DNA of 64,000 bases. Source: Lancefieldella parvula. Lineage in GTDB: Bacteria > Actinomycetota > Coriobacteriia > Coriobacteriales > Atopobiaceae. Shown piece by piece: positions 56,741-64,000 of this stretch. The position numbers and the translations under genes are program-made. The DNA is taken from the NCBI GenBank assembly GCA_023300185.1, contig CP097092.1, positions 1,018,115-1,082,114 of the forward strand. The letters run 5' to 3'. The notes under the pieces were generated by a model. The model worked only from the letters and a program-made list of their open reading frames with translations, had not been told where the DNA came from and did not search any database. The first letter of the stretch is position 1; each line of letters opens with the position of its first letter.

Positions 56741-56942
56741 ACAACCTCATTCAAAAAGTTCTTGTTCTATGATACGGCAAGCAGTCACACTTGGCAATCT
56801 ACCTGCTCTTATTTGCAGATATTGTAAGAAAAATACACATCTTGAGCGCCACGGGATTCGTGACTTTTCTAAAAAAGTTTGACGATTTTGAAATTTACAC
56901 TTGCGCTCAGCCGTGAACTTGCGTATATTATTCCTCGCGTTC

Positions 56943-57018
56943 GCGGGCTTAGCGCAGTTGGTAGCGCGCAACCTTGCCAAGGTTGAGGTCGCGGGTTCGA
57001 ACCCCGTAGCCCGCTCCA
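56943..57018 (+). tRNA. tRNA-Gly (anticodon GCC)
   Basis: Acceptor GCGGGCT/AGCCCGC, anticodon arm CAACC-TTGCCAA-GGTTG, T-loop TTCGAAC, 3' TCCA. Confidence 0.85.
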
Positions 57019-57025
57019 TGATTTT

Positions 57026-57048
57026 TCGGCCGGATTCGTTTCGGCCTT
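57026..57048 (+). terminator. short GC hairpin (ggccg...cggcc) plus T-run between the two tRNA genes
   Basis: Seen directly. It could be a processing or terminator structure. Weak. Confidence 0.25.
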
Positions 57049-57056
57049 TTTCATAT

Positions 57057-57130
57057 GGCGAGATGGCCAAGTGGTAAGGCAGAGGCCTGCAAAGCCTTTA
57101 TCCCCGGTTCGAATCCGGGTCTCGCCTCCA
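57057..57130 (+). tRNA. tRNA-Cys (anticodon GCA)
   Basis: Acceptor GGCGAGA/TCTCGCC, anticodon arm GAGGC-CTGCAAA-GCCTT, T-arm CCCGG-TTCGAAT-CCGGG, 3' TCCA. Confidence 0.85.
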
Positions 57131-57141
57131 GTGAATTGACA

Positions 57142-57169
57142 ACCCCAGCTTCGGCTGGGGTTTCTTTTT
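57142..57169 (+). terminator. rho-independent terminator (ccccagc-ttcg-gctgggg plus tttcttttt)
   Basis: Read directly, 12 nt after tRNA-Cys. Confidence 0.6.
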
Positions 57170-57189
57170 GTCACGGGCGTGCTTGCTGG

Positions 57190-57560
57190 GATTTAGTCAG
57201 ACGCGCCTGAAAAGCACATTATGTCTGAGTAAAACAGCTCAGACTTGGCGAGAAAAACCGGCAAATAGCTCAGACTAGGCGTGTTTTTCAGGCAAATCGT
57301 TCAGACTTGGCGAGAAAATCAGGCTCCATGAGAGCGTCCATAGAACCAACCTTGAAATCAGAGTTACATCTAGAAAAGTCCGCCTGAAAAGTGCAAAGAA
57401 TCTGTATTTGAGCCACCGATTCTTTAGCAAAATCAGGCAAATCCACAGATTCTTTGATGTATTTAGGCAAAAGTTACAGATTCTTTGAAGAAATCAGGCT
57501 CACTCCAGAAGCTCTCTGCCTCATACTACCCGCCTGGCGAGAAACCCGTCTACTCCCAGC
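57190..57560. repeat. non-coding region of degenerate approximately 30-bp direct repeats (families ...tcagacttggcgagaaaa..., ...aatcaggcaaat..., ...cagattctttga...)
   Basis: Six to seven degenerate units seen by eye. No credible ORF. The only ORF (57288..57470) has no RBS and junk-like composition. Confidence 0.5.
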
Positions 57561-57657
57561 ATTTACGCACAAGAAACCCAGTATCCACACGAAATAGATA
57601 CCGGGTTGAAATCACTTGTGACCTGCGTACACAACCTGCGTACGCACGCCGCGCGAC

Positions 57658-58416
57658 CTAGCGCATCATCTTAACCAGGCGAACAATGGTGCCGTTGCCA
57701 GAAGGTTTCTCCTGGATAGACACGGCGTCCATAAGCAGGCGCATCAGCTTAACGCCGCGTCCACGCTCGGCAAACTGACCGGTCTCGGGAGGCTCTTCCT
57801 CATCGGAGATGCTAAAACCGCAACCGCAATCCGAGACGTCAATGACCACCCTGTCTGGATACGCGGAGACCGTGGTCAGCACGCCCTTCTCGCACGCGTG
57901 ATCTACAGCGTTGCCAATAGCCTCACCTACTGCAAGTTCAATGTCAAACTTTTGGTCCGAGGTAAACGGCAGCGTCTTCAGCAGCGCGATAGCCCTTGAG
58001 CGAGCGTCGCACATTTTATTGGGATCAACTCTAAACGTTGTCTGGAACGATGGATGCGTGCCCGGCGCAAGCGGAGTCACGCGCGACTTTGCGGCACACG
58101 TGCTTATAGGCATGAAATCGATAAGACCCATGCGCACCAAGGCCTTAAATGCCGTCGGTTGCACGTTGGTTAGACTCATAAGACCGCCGAGCGTCTTCAT
58201 GCGTCGAACAGCGCACACGATAAAGCCCATGCCGCAGGAATCAATGTACGAAACCTCCGACATGTTCAGCACAATTCTTCTGCAGCCACTGTTAATCAGC
58301 TGCTCAATCTGAGCCTTCACGCGCGGGACTCCCCTCACGTCAAGGTCAGTATTGACTGAAACAACTGCTATGTTTGGCTGCGTATACATACGTTTCTTGT
58401 TCCCGCGCAGCAACAA
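57658..58416 (-). CDS. fusion protein: N-terminal STAS anti-sigma-factor antagonist domain plus C-terminal HATPase_c anti-sigma kinase domain (RsbV-RsbW / SpoIIAA-SpoIIAB-like)
   Basis: STAS block with the phosphorylatable-Ser context SYIDSCGMGF. C-terminal ...ELAVGEAIGNAVDHA... and ...VIDVSDCGCGF... (N and G boxes of GHKL kinases). Confidence 0.7.
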   Translation of the reverse strand: MLLRGNKKRMYTQPNIAVVSVNTDLDVRGVPRVKAQIEQLINSGCRRIVLNMSEVSYIDSCGMGFIVCAVRRMKTLGGLMSLTNVQPTAFKALVRMGLIDFMPISTCAAKSRVTPLAPGTHPSFQTTFRVDPNKMCDARSRAIALLKTLPFTSDQKFDIELAVGEAIGNAVDHACEKGVLTTVSAYPDRVVIDVSDCGCGFSISDEEEPPETGQFAERGRGVKLMRLLMDAVSIQEKPSGNGTIVRLVKMMR

Positions 58417-58483
58417 GAATTTCAGATATCTGCATTTTTTGACAATTCAAGCGAGAAAATCATCTCCTAGGCGAGAATATCGT

Positions 58484-60898
58484 CTAGTTGTTCTTCTCGC
58501 CAGAGTCAGCGCCGCCAAGCTTGCCAGAATCAATGCTGCCAAGCGTGCCAGAATCAGTACTGCCAAGCTCGTCAAAGCGCAGGGCAACCATGGCAACGTC
58601 GTCATCAAGCCTTCGGCCGGTATAGCGATCAAGCGTGCTCAAGAACCTATTGAGCAGGCCGTCAAAGCCACGAGGAACCTCGTTCATAATCATGTCTCGC
58701 AGGCCGGTCTCGCCAAAGAACGCGCCTTCAGGGCTACGAGCTTCCGTGGTTCCGTCGGTGTAAAGCAGCAGGATGTCGCCCTCATGCAAGTGAACCATGC
58801 CGTTTTTGTACTCCATGTCGTGAAACGCGCCCACAACGCCCGACTGAACATCCAAAAGCTCAGCCTCGCCCGATTGAGCGGACACCAAAATCGCAGGTGG
58901 ATGACCAGCGGAGCAGTAGGTCAGCGATGAAGTTGTAAGGTCAACAATGCCCACAAAGAGCGTTGCAAATGTTTCTACTCTCGAGAAGCCCAGCAGGAAT
59001 TCATTCAGCGTTGCCACCATGCGAGCGGGAGTTCTTCCCTCCCACGCGTATGCGGAAAGTGCCGTTTTAACTGCGGACGAGATAGATGCTGCCTCAATAC
59101 CCTTGCCAGAAACGTCACCCATAATGATGCACGCGCGACGGCCTGGCAGCTTAATCATGCTGTAAAAATCGCCACCAACAAACGCGTCGGCGGTTGCGGA
59201 CGAATAAATTCCCTCGGCAGAAATTCCTTCTACCTTCTGCAGGTCATTTTTCATGCCCGACTGCAGCGCCTGGGAGATATGCTTATTTTGCTGGCTCTCT
59301 TCGGCACCAACGGCCAACGAATGAACCAGAAGCATCACGCGGTCCAAGAAATCAAGCTCAATGTCGCTTAAGGGCTCAGCGTTTTCTTCTCGCAAGAAAA
59401 GCCAGGTATGCTGCTCGCCAGCAAACTTACCCAAGAAAAGCACAGCTCCCTTGCAGGGCAAACCTTGTGCAGCAAGCGAACGACTCAGCTCAGATTCAAG
59501 CTCAACCTCTTTGACTGACGCCTCGCCCTCTCCTGTCTTGAGTCCCTCAACCGTCGATGGAAGCGCAATCTGGTTGCCGCCATCCTGCGCGACGGCGGCC
59601 TCCGCCGCAGCCTGCACGCCGCCGGCCTCCGCTGCAGCCTGCGTGCTGTCTTGCGCACCATCCTGAGTGTCGCCAAACGCTTGCTCAGCACCAAGCGCGT
59701 GGAGCGTAATGTTGCCTGTGACCTCACAACAATCTACCGAGAAAACCCGTGCATTCAGATCGGTGCCCACTGACCTCATAACCTGCTGTAATCGCTCACC
59801 AGAGATCTTCTCGCCCTCTGCAGCGCTATGGAGCAATCCTTGACGCACGCGAGCTAATGCCTCGCGAAGCGTGTCTCTACGCTGCGTTCTCATGGCCGAC
59901 AACGCACCTACAAGCTGTACCGAGAGGTAATTTGCAATGGAGTCAAGAAGTCTTGCGTCTTCAACCAAAAGCGCACGCTTACGCTCCCAGCCCACCTCAA
60001 TCAGGGCAACAATGTGGCCACCAAACCACACAGGAACCACAAGAAAGCTGGTAAACGGAGGCAAATGACTTGCGTCAACGGTTATGACCTCACGAGTTTC
60101 TTCGTTAACAAGGTTGCGCTTTTTAACTCTTCCCTGCTTGAGCGTGCTAGAGTTCAAAGGCATGGTATGCAAGCGAAGTGCGTGCTCGGAATAAAACGTC
60201 AAACGCTCCAGAGAGCTGTTAAATGCAAAGTAGCGAGGAATTCTATCCAATGACGCGCTTCTCAAAGACTCCGTTGCACCATGAAGGTGATACCCGTCTT
60301 GCTCAGCAAGATAGATAAGCGCACCATCAGCCTCGACAGTCTCTGAGAGCTCTTCTAACACGCGCTCGATAAGCTGACCCATATCTTCCGAGTCAAGCGT
60401 GTCCAAAACAATCTGAAGCGCTCCTGAGAGCCTCTTATTGGCTCGGCGAAGGTCCAACACCATTCGTTCATCATCGTGCATAGGGCTAGCCATGTCACGA
60501 AGCTTAGACGCTGTCAGAACAATAGCCTGTGTAGGAGCACCCACATAATCTGCGCGTACGCTTAATACCTGCGACGTGCCATCTTGCGCAGGAGCAGCCA
60601 CCATAGAGGTGGACCCATCAATCGCAAACGGCAACGACTCTACAAAGAACGGTTTCTGCAGGTTTTCTTGATTTGCCGGCGTGAACAAAAAGCGAACATC
60701 CAGGCCAGCAATGGTGCCGTCTTCCTTAGCAAATAGGCTTTCGGCCTCCTCATTGGCGAGAAGAACCATGCCCTCCATATTAAAGACGATGACTGCATCG
60801 CTGGTCAGGCGCAGCAACTGAGACAGAGTTGCAGCAACGGTTCCGTCGACAACTCCCTCAACACGCCTTACGCTCAGCTTGTTATCTGCCACAGTCAC
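58484..60898 (-). CDS. PP2C-family (SpoIIE/RsbU-type) serine phosphatase with N-terminal PAS-like and GAF-like sensor domains and a C-terminal DSGxLG tandem-repeat tail
   Basis: C-terminal 230 aa: GDVSGKGIEAA...CSAGHPPA...LLLYTDGTTEA...DDDVAMVALRF (PP2C metal-binding Asp motifs). A GAF-like middle region. 67-nt gap to the STAS-kinase gene on the same strand. Confidence 0.75.
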   Translation of the reverse strand: MTVADNKLSVRRVEGVVDGTVAATLSQLLRLTSDAVIVFNMEGMVLLANEEAESLFAKEDGTIAGLDVRFLFTPANQENLQKPFFVESLPFAIDGSTSMVAAPAQDGTSQVLSVRADYVGAPTQAIVLTASKLRDMASPMHDDERMVLDLRRANKRLSGALQIVLDTLDSEDMGQLIERVLEELSETVEADGALIYLAEQDGYHLHGATESLRSASLDRIPRYFAFNSSLERLTFYSEHALRLHTMPLNSSTLKQGRVKKRNLVNEETREVITVDASHLPPFTSFLVVPVWFGGHIVALIEVGWERKRALLVEDARLLDSIANYLSVQLVGALSAMRTQRRDTLREALARVRQGLLHSAAEGEKISGERLQQVMRSVGTDLNARVFSVDCCEVTGNITLHALGAEQAFGDTQDGAQDSTQAAAEAGGVQAAAEAAVAQDGGNQIALPSTVEGLKTGEGEASVKEVELESELSRSLAAQGLPCKGAVLFLGKFAGEQHTWLFLREENAEPLSDIELDFLDRVMLLVHSLAVGAEESQQNKHISQALQSGMKNDLQKVEGISAEGIYSSATADAFVGGDFYSMIKLPGRRACIIMGDVSGKGIEAASISSAVKTALSAYAWEGRTPARMVATLNEFLLGFSRVETFATLFVGIVDLTTSSLTYCSAGHPPAILVSAQSGEAELLDVQSGVVGAFHDMEYKNGMVHLHEGDILLLYTDGTTEARSPEGAFFGETGLRDMIMNEVPRGFDGLLNRFLSTLDRYTGRRLDDDVAMVALRFDELGSTDSGTLGSIDSGKLGGADSGEKNN

Positions 60899-60980
60899 TC
60901 CTTACCAGCAAGGAAAAACAAATCACATTGTCTAAGTATACGAAAAAGGCGGACCTCCGAAGAGATCCGCCGAAATTTCG

Positions 60981-61070
60981 TGGTGTCGGAGGCGGGACTT
61001 GAACCCGCACAACCGTTAGTAGGTCACTAGCACCTCAAGCTAGCGCGTCTGCCAATTCCGCCACTCCGAC
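60981..61070 (-). tRNA. tRNA-Leu (anticodon GAG), class II with long variable arm
   Basis: Acceptor GTCGGAG/CTCCGAC, anticodon arm CTAGC-TTGAGGT-GCTAG, 17-nt variable arm, T-arm GCGGG-TTCAAGT-CCCGC, 3' ACCA. Confidence 0.85.
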
Positions 61071-61177
61071 TTGCTTTGCAGCGAGGGATATACTAACACA
61101 TCTTCAAGCAACTTTACTGAGAAAATTTAAAAACTTTTCTCAAAAGAACTTTGCGAGAAGATCGCCTTGTCCCTTGC

Positions 61178-62941
61178 TTACTTCTGCCAACCAACAATGG
61201 TTGCAGGTACGCTCTGGAAGAGTGATGGACCAAAGTTAGCAAGACCCTTCTTAACAACGTAGCAGTCTGGACCAGTGTAGACAGGAAGATATGCGTAAGT
61301 CTGCATCATCTTCTTCTCAGCCTCATTCATGAGCTTCATGCGCTCATCAAAGTCCTTGGTAGAGACAACCTTTGCAAACATCTCGTCGGTCTCTGCGGAG
61401 CCCTGCTGACCAAAGTTGGATCCAGACTCAGAACCATAGAGCTGACCACCGTTGTTGTAAGAAGTTGAAGAGCCAACCCAACCAAAGAGGCAGACATCCC
61501 AAGAGCCAGAGGTAAGAACATCAGAGAACTCAGAAGATGGGTGAGAATCAAGGGTAAGGTTAATGCCAGCGTCCTTGCACATCTTCTGGATTGCAGCAGC
61601 ACGGTTCTTAACAGTAGTACCGTCACCGAACAGAGTGTAAGCAAAGGTTACCTGCTGACCATCCTTCTCGTAGTAATCACCATTGAGCTTATAGCCTGCA
61701 TCCTCAAGAGTCTTCTTTGCAGCAGCCTTGCGCTCGTCAACAGACTTGAGGTTCTTGATATCGTCTGGGAGGTTGTTGTCATAACCAGCTGCCCAGTAAG
61801 GCCAAAGCATGGAGCCTGGTGCGTCCTCTTTCCAGTTAACACCCTGGAAGACAATGGAAACGATAGTTGCAGGATCAACAATCTGGCAGAATGCCTTACG
61901 AACTGCAACATCCTGAAGAACGCCGCGAGTAGAGTTAATCTCGATAACAGCAATAGACATACCAAGACCACGGCGAATCTGAGCCTTATCACCAAGACCG
62001 GAGAAGTTAGAGAGAAGCTCAGCAGAACCTGCGACGGAAGTACCAGTAGTATCAGTCTCTTCGTTCTTGAATGCGTTAATGGAAGCCTGGGTATCCATCT
62101 GCTTGTAGACAAGGGTATCAAGCTTAGGAGCGTCACCCCACCACTTTGGATTTGGCTTGAAGGTTACAGCAGAATCATCGAAAGAATCAACAATATAAGG
62201 ACCAGAACCAAGCTCGTTGTGTGGCTCATTGTTGTAACCATTGTTGAAGAAGTCTGGATCCTGAAGCTTTGGGTGCAGAGCATAGCTCAAGATGCTCTCG
62301 ATTGGATAGACTGCCTCCTTCATGGTAATAACAGCAGTCTTAGCAGTATCACCCTGCTCAACAGACTCATACTTGTCATAACCATCAGTTGAAGAAACCG
62401 CAAACTTTTTATTCTGACCACACATAGTGATGAATGCGGTCTGAATTGCGGTCCAATCAATAGCGGTACCATCGTTGAAGGTGGCCTGATCAGTGAAGGT
62501 CAGGGTAGCAACCTGCTTGCCGTCCTTCTCCTCTACCTTGAAGTCCTTGATGTAATCCTTGTTTGGCTCAAACTTATCACCATCAGCATTGTTAAGGAAC
62601 AGGTCACGAGGGTTGATAAGACCGTGAAGGATGTTCATGTAAGAGGTATTACCAGCAAGTTGGTAGTAATTCCACTGTGGACCAATCTCGTTGATTGGCT
62701 GAGTCAGAGTACCGCCATCCTTAACCTCATCACGAGACTTAGGATTGTTGTACGTCTTGCCCTTCTCTGGAAGTGGAAGCTGATCCAGAGGAGTGTTTGC
62801 AGGAGAGCCGTCCTGTGGCTCAGTACCTGTGGTGGTAGAGCCGCCCTGATTATTTGATGGAGCACAACCAGCAAGGCCAAGGCCTGCGGCGGTGATTCCA
62901 GTCAGAGCAAAGAACGAACGACGGGAAAAACTGTCAGCCAT
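61178..62941 (-). CDS. ABC transporter solute-binding lipoprotein, family 5 (oligopeptide/dipeptide-binding, OppA/DppA-like) with Tat-type signal and lipobox
   Basis: SRRSFFALTGITAAGLGLAGC (twin-Arg plus LAGC lipobox). Size and composition are typical of SBP_bac_5. Confidence 0.8.
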   Translation of the reverse strand: MADSFSRRSFFALTGITAAGLGLAGCAPSNNQGGSTTTGTEPQDGSPANTPLDQLPLPEKGKTYNNPKSRDEVKDGGTLTQPINEIGPQWNYYQLAGNTSYMNILHGLINPRDLFLNNADGDKFEPNKDYIKDFKVEEKDGKQVATLTFTDQATFNDGTAIDWTAIQTAFITMCGQNKKFAVSSTDGYDKYESVEQGDTAKTAVITMKEAVYPIESILSYALHPKLQDPDFFNNGYNNEPHNELGSGPYIVDSFDDSAVTFKPNPKWWGDAPKLDTLVYKQMDTQASINAFKNEETDTTGTSVAGSAELLSNFSGLGDKAQIRRGLGMSIAVIEINSTRGVLQDVAVRKAFCQIVDPATIVSIVFQGVNWKEDAPGSMLWPYWAAGYDNNLPDDIKNLKSVDERKAAAKKTLEDAGYKLNGDYYEKDGQQVTFAYTLFGDGTTVKNRAAAIQKMCKDAGINLTLDSHPSSEFSDVLTSGSWDVCLFGWVGSSTSYNNGGQLYGSESGSNFGQQGSAETDEMFAKVVSTKDFDERMKLMNEAEKKMMQTYAYLPVYTGPDCYVVKKGLANFGPSLFQSVPATIVGWQK

Positions 62942-63059
62942 ATGATCACCCATTTCGTTAAAGGCCTACAGATATTCACTTAACTATACGAAATTGCCTG
63001 AAAATACTCCATAGCAGAAACATTCCCGTAACAACCTCGTTCACTATTTGTAACAAAGA

Positions 63060-63093
63060 AAAACCCGCACCTAGTTTTAAGTGCGGGTTTTCA
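63060..63093 (-). terminator. rho-independent terminator hairpin (aaaacccgcac...gtgcgggtttt plus T-run on the minus strand)
   Basis: Read directly, 20 nt downstream of the ABC ATPase stop. Confidence 0.5.
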
Positions 63094-63113
63094 GAAAATT
63101 TATTGAATCTTTG

Positions 63114-64000
63114 TTACTCGTTAGAGATGTGAGTAGCAGGAACCAGCTTACCATCCTGGTAAATCATGCGCTCACGGGTACGCTCAATCTTTGGATCAGG
63201 AATTGGAATAGCCGAGAGAAGCGCCTTAGTGTAAGGATCTTGTGGGTTAGTAAAGACGTCTTCAGTCTCACCGTACTCAACAATCTTGCCCAGGTGCATA
63301 ACAGCAACCGTGTCAGAAATATGACGAATAACAGCAAGATCGTGAGCAACAAAGAGATAAGAAATCTTCAACTGAACCTGAAGATCCTCAAGGAGGTTAA
63401 TAATACCTGCCTGAATGGAAACGTCCAGAGATGCAATTGGCTCGTCCAACAGAAGAATCTTTGGACTTGTTGCAAGAGCACGAGCAATAGCAATACGCTG
63501 ACGCTGACCACCAGAGAACTGGGATGGGAAGCGGTCAACATAGTCTGGGTTGATACCAACCAGACGCATAAGCTCGCCAATACGAGTATTAATATCCTCT
63601 TTGTTCCAACCCTGTGCCTGAAGTGGCTCAGCCAAAACGTCATAGACAGGCATACGTGGGTCCAGAGAACTCATTGGATCCTGGAAGATAACCTGAAGAT
63701 CTTTACGAAGCTCTCTACGCTGTGCAGCATTCTTAAGCTCAGCAACATCTTTGCCAAGGACCGTAATACGACCATCCTCAGGCTTCAGCAAATCCATAAT
63801 CTGCATCAGAGTTGTTGATTTACCAGAACCAGACTCACCAACCAGCGCAAGAGTTTCTCCCTCATGGATCTCAAAGCTTGCACGGTCAACTGCAGTCATA
63901 GTGCCCTTGCTGCGCCTAATAAAGCCCTTACCCTGAACAGGGAAAGTCTTGGTAAGATTCTCAACCTTGAGTACAACAGGACGCTCGTTACGAGGAACAT
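63114..64000 (-). CDS. oligopeptide/dipeptide ABC transporter ATP-binding protein (OppF/DppF-like); N-terminus lies beyond the window end
   Basis: Walker A GESGSGKST, signature LSGGQRQRIAIARAL, Walker B LLLDEP. The frame stays open upstream of the listed Met (…VVLKVENLTKTFPVQGKGFIRRSKGTMTAV…) to position 64000. Confidence 0.8.
   Translation of the reverse strand, partial: VPRNERPVVLKVENLTKTFPVQGKGFIRRSKGTMTAVDRASFEIHEGETLALVGESGSGKSTTLMQIMDLLKPEDGRITVLGKDVAELKNAAQRRELRKDLQVIFQDPMSSLDPRMPVYDVLAEPLQAQGWNKEDINTRIGELMRLVGINPDYVDRFPSQFSGGQRQRIAIARALATSPKILLLDEPIASLDVSIQAGIINLLEDLQVQLKISYLFVAHDLAVIRHISDTVAVMHLGKIVEYGETEDVFTNPQDPYTKALLSAIPIPDPKIERTRERMIYQDGKLVPATHISNE

Noticed and set aside
57190-57560. 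Degenerate direct repeats considered as a CRISPR array or leader
   Set aside because: The units are too degenerate and variable in length. No unique spacers of regular size. No cas genes. Kept only as a repeat or regulatory region.
58496-58575. Short tandem repeats considered as a possible CRISPR array
   Set aside because: The repeats are in-frame coding sequence of the PP2C gene. They are contiguous with no spacers, and imperfect.
61541-62392. 283-aa plus-strand ORF and minus ORFs 61336..61644 and 61648..62136 inside the solute-binding-protein gene
   Set aside because: Alternative-frame shadows. The SBP frame has the signal peptide, lipobox and family features.
63081-63936. Plus-strand ORFs 63081..63818 and 63751..63936
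   Set aside because: Antisense to the ABC ATPase gene, which has canonical Walker and signature motifs.

Overview
This 64-kb window looks like a chromosomal segment of a moderate-GC (about 50%) Gram-positive actinobacterium. Inference: it resembles Bifidobacteriaceae (Gardnerella, Scardovia or Bifidobacterium-like), based on an AhpC plus TrxR-fusion reductase, tandem PepC aminopeptidases and choline-binding-type cell-wall repeats. Most of the window is housekeeping: metG, queA-queH, ruvC-ruvA-ruvB, dnaE, mnmA plus a cysteine desulfurase, ptsH, a PTS EIIA, yigZ, cspA, RNase P RNA (rnpB) and four tRNAs (Val-GAC, Gly-GCC, Cys-GCA, Leu-GAG). It also carries a marked oxidative-stress complement (yaaA, superoxide reductase, ahpC plus a TrxR/Trx-fusion reductase), a MarR-regulated heterodimeric ABC exporter, an oligopeptide ABC importer, and a secreted cell-wall remodelling cluster (bifunctional amidase/glucosaminidase autolysin, L,D-transpeptidase, repeat-only paralog) in which all three proteins carry YG/GW cell-wall-binding repeats. 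Features I would look at again: (i) a previously undescribed-looking non-coding structured repeat element of about 460 bp in three copies, two of them sitting exactly inside split intrinsic-terminator stems; (ii) a bacterial Elp3-like radical-SAM/GNAT protein divergently paired with a SAM methyltransferase; (iii) a partner-switching module made of a STAS-HATPase fusion and a PAS/GAF-PP2C phosphatase, downstream of a tRNA cluster and a degenerate-repeat region; (iv) a doubly degenerate NadE homolog; (v) four interrupted genes (helicase, dnaE, cysteine desulfurase, flippase-like). Three of these are single-base indels at short A/T runs, which points to assembly errors rather than decay. The fourth is an in-frame TAA. 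I found no CRISPR array, integrase or prophage genes.
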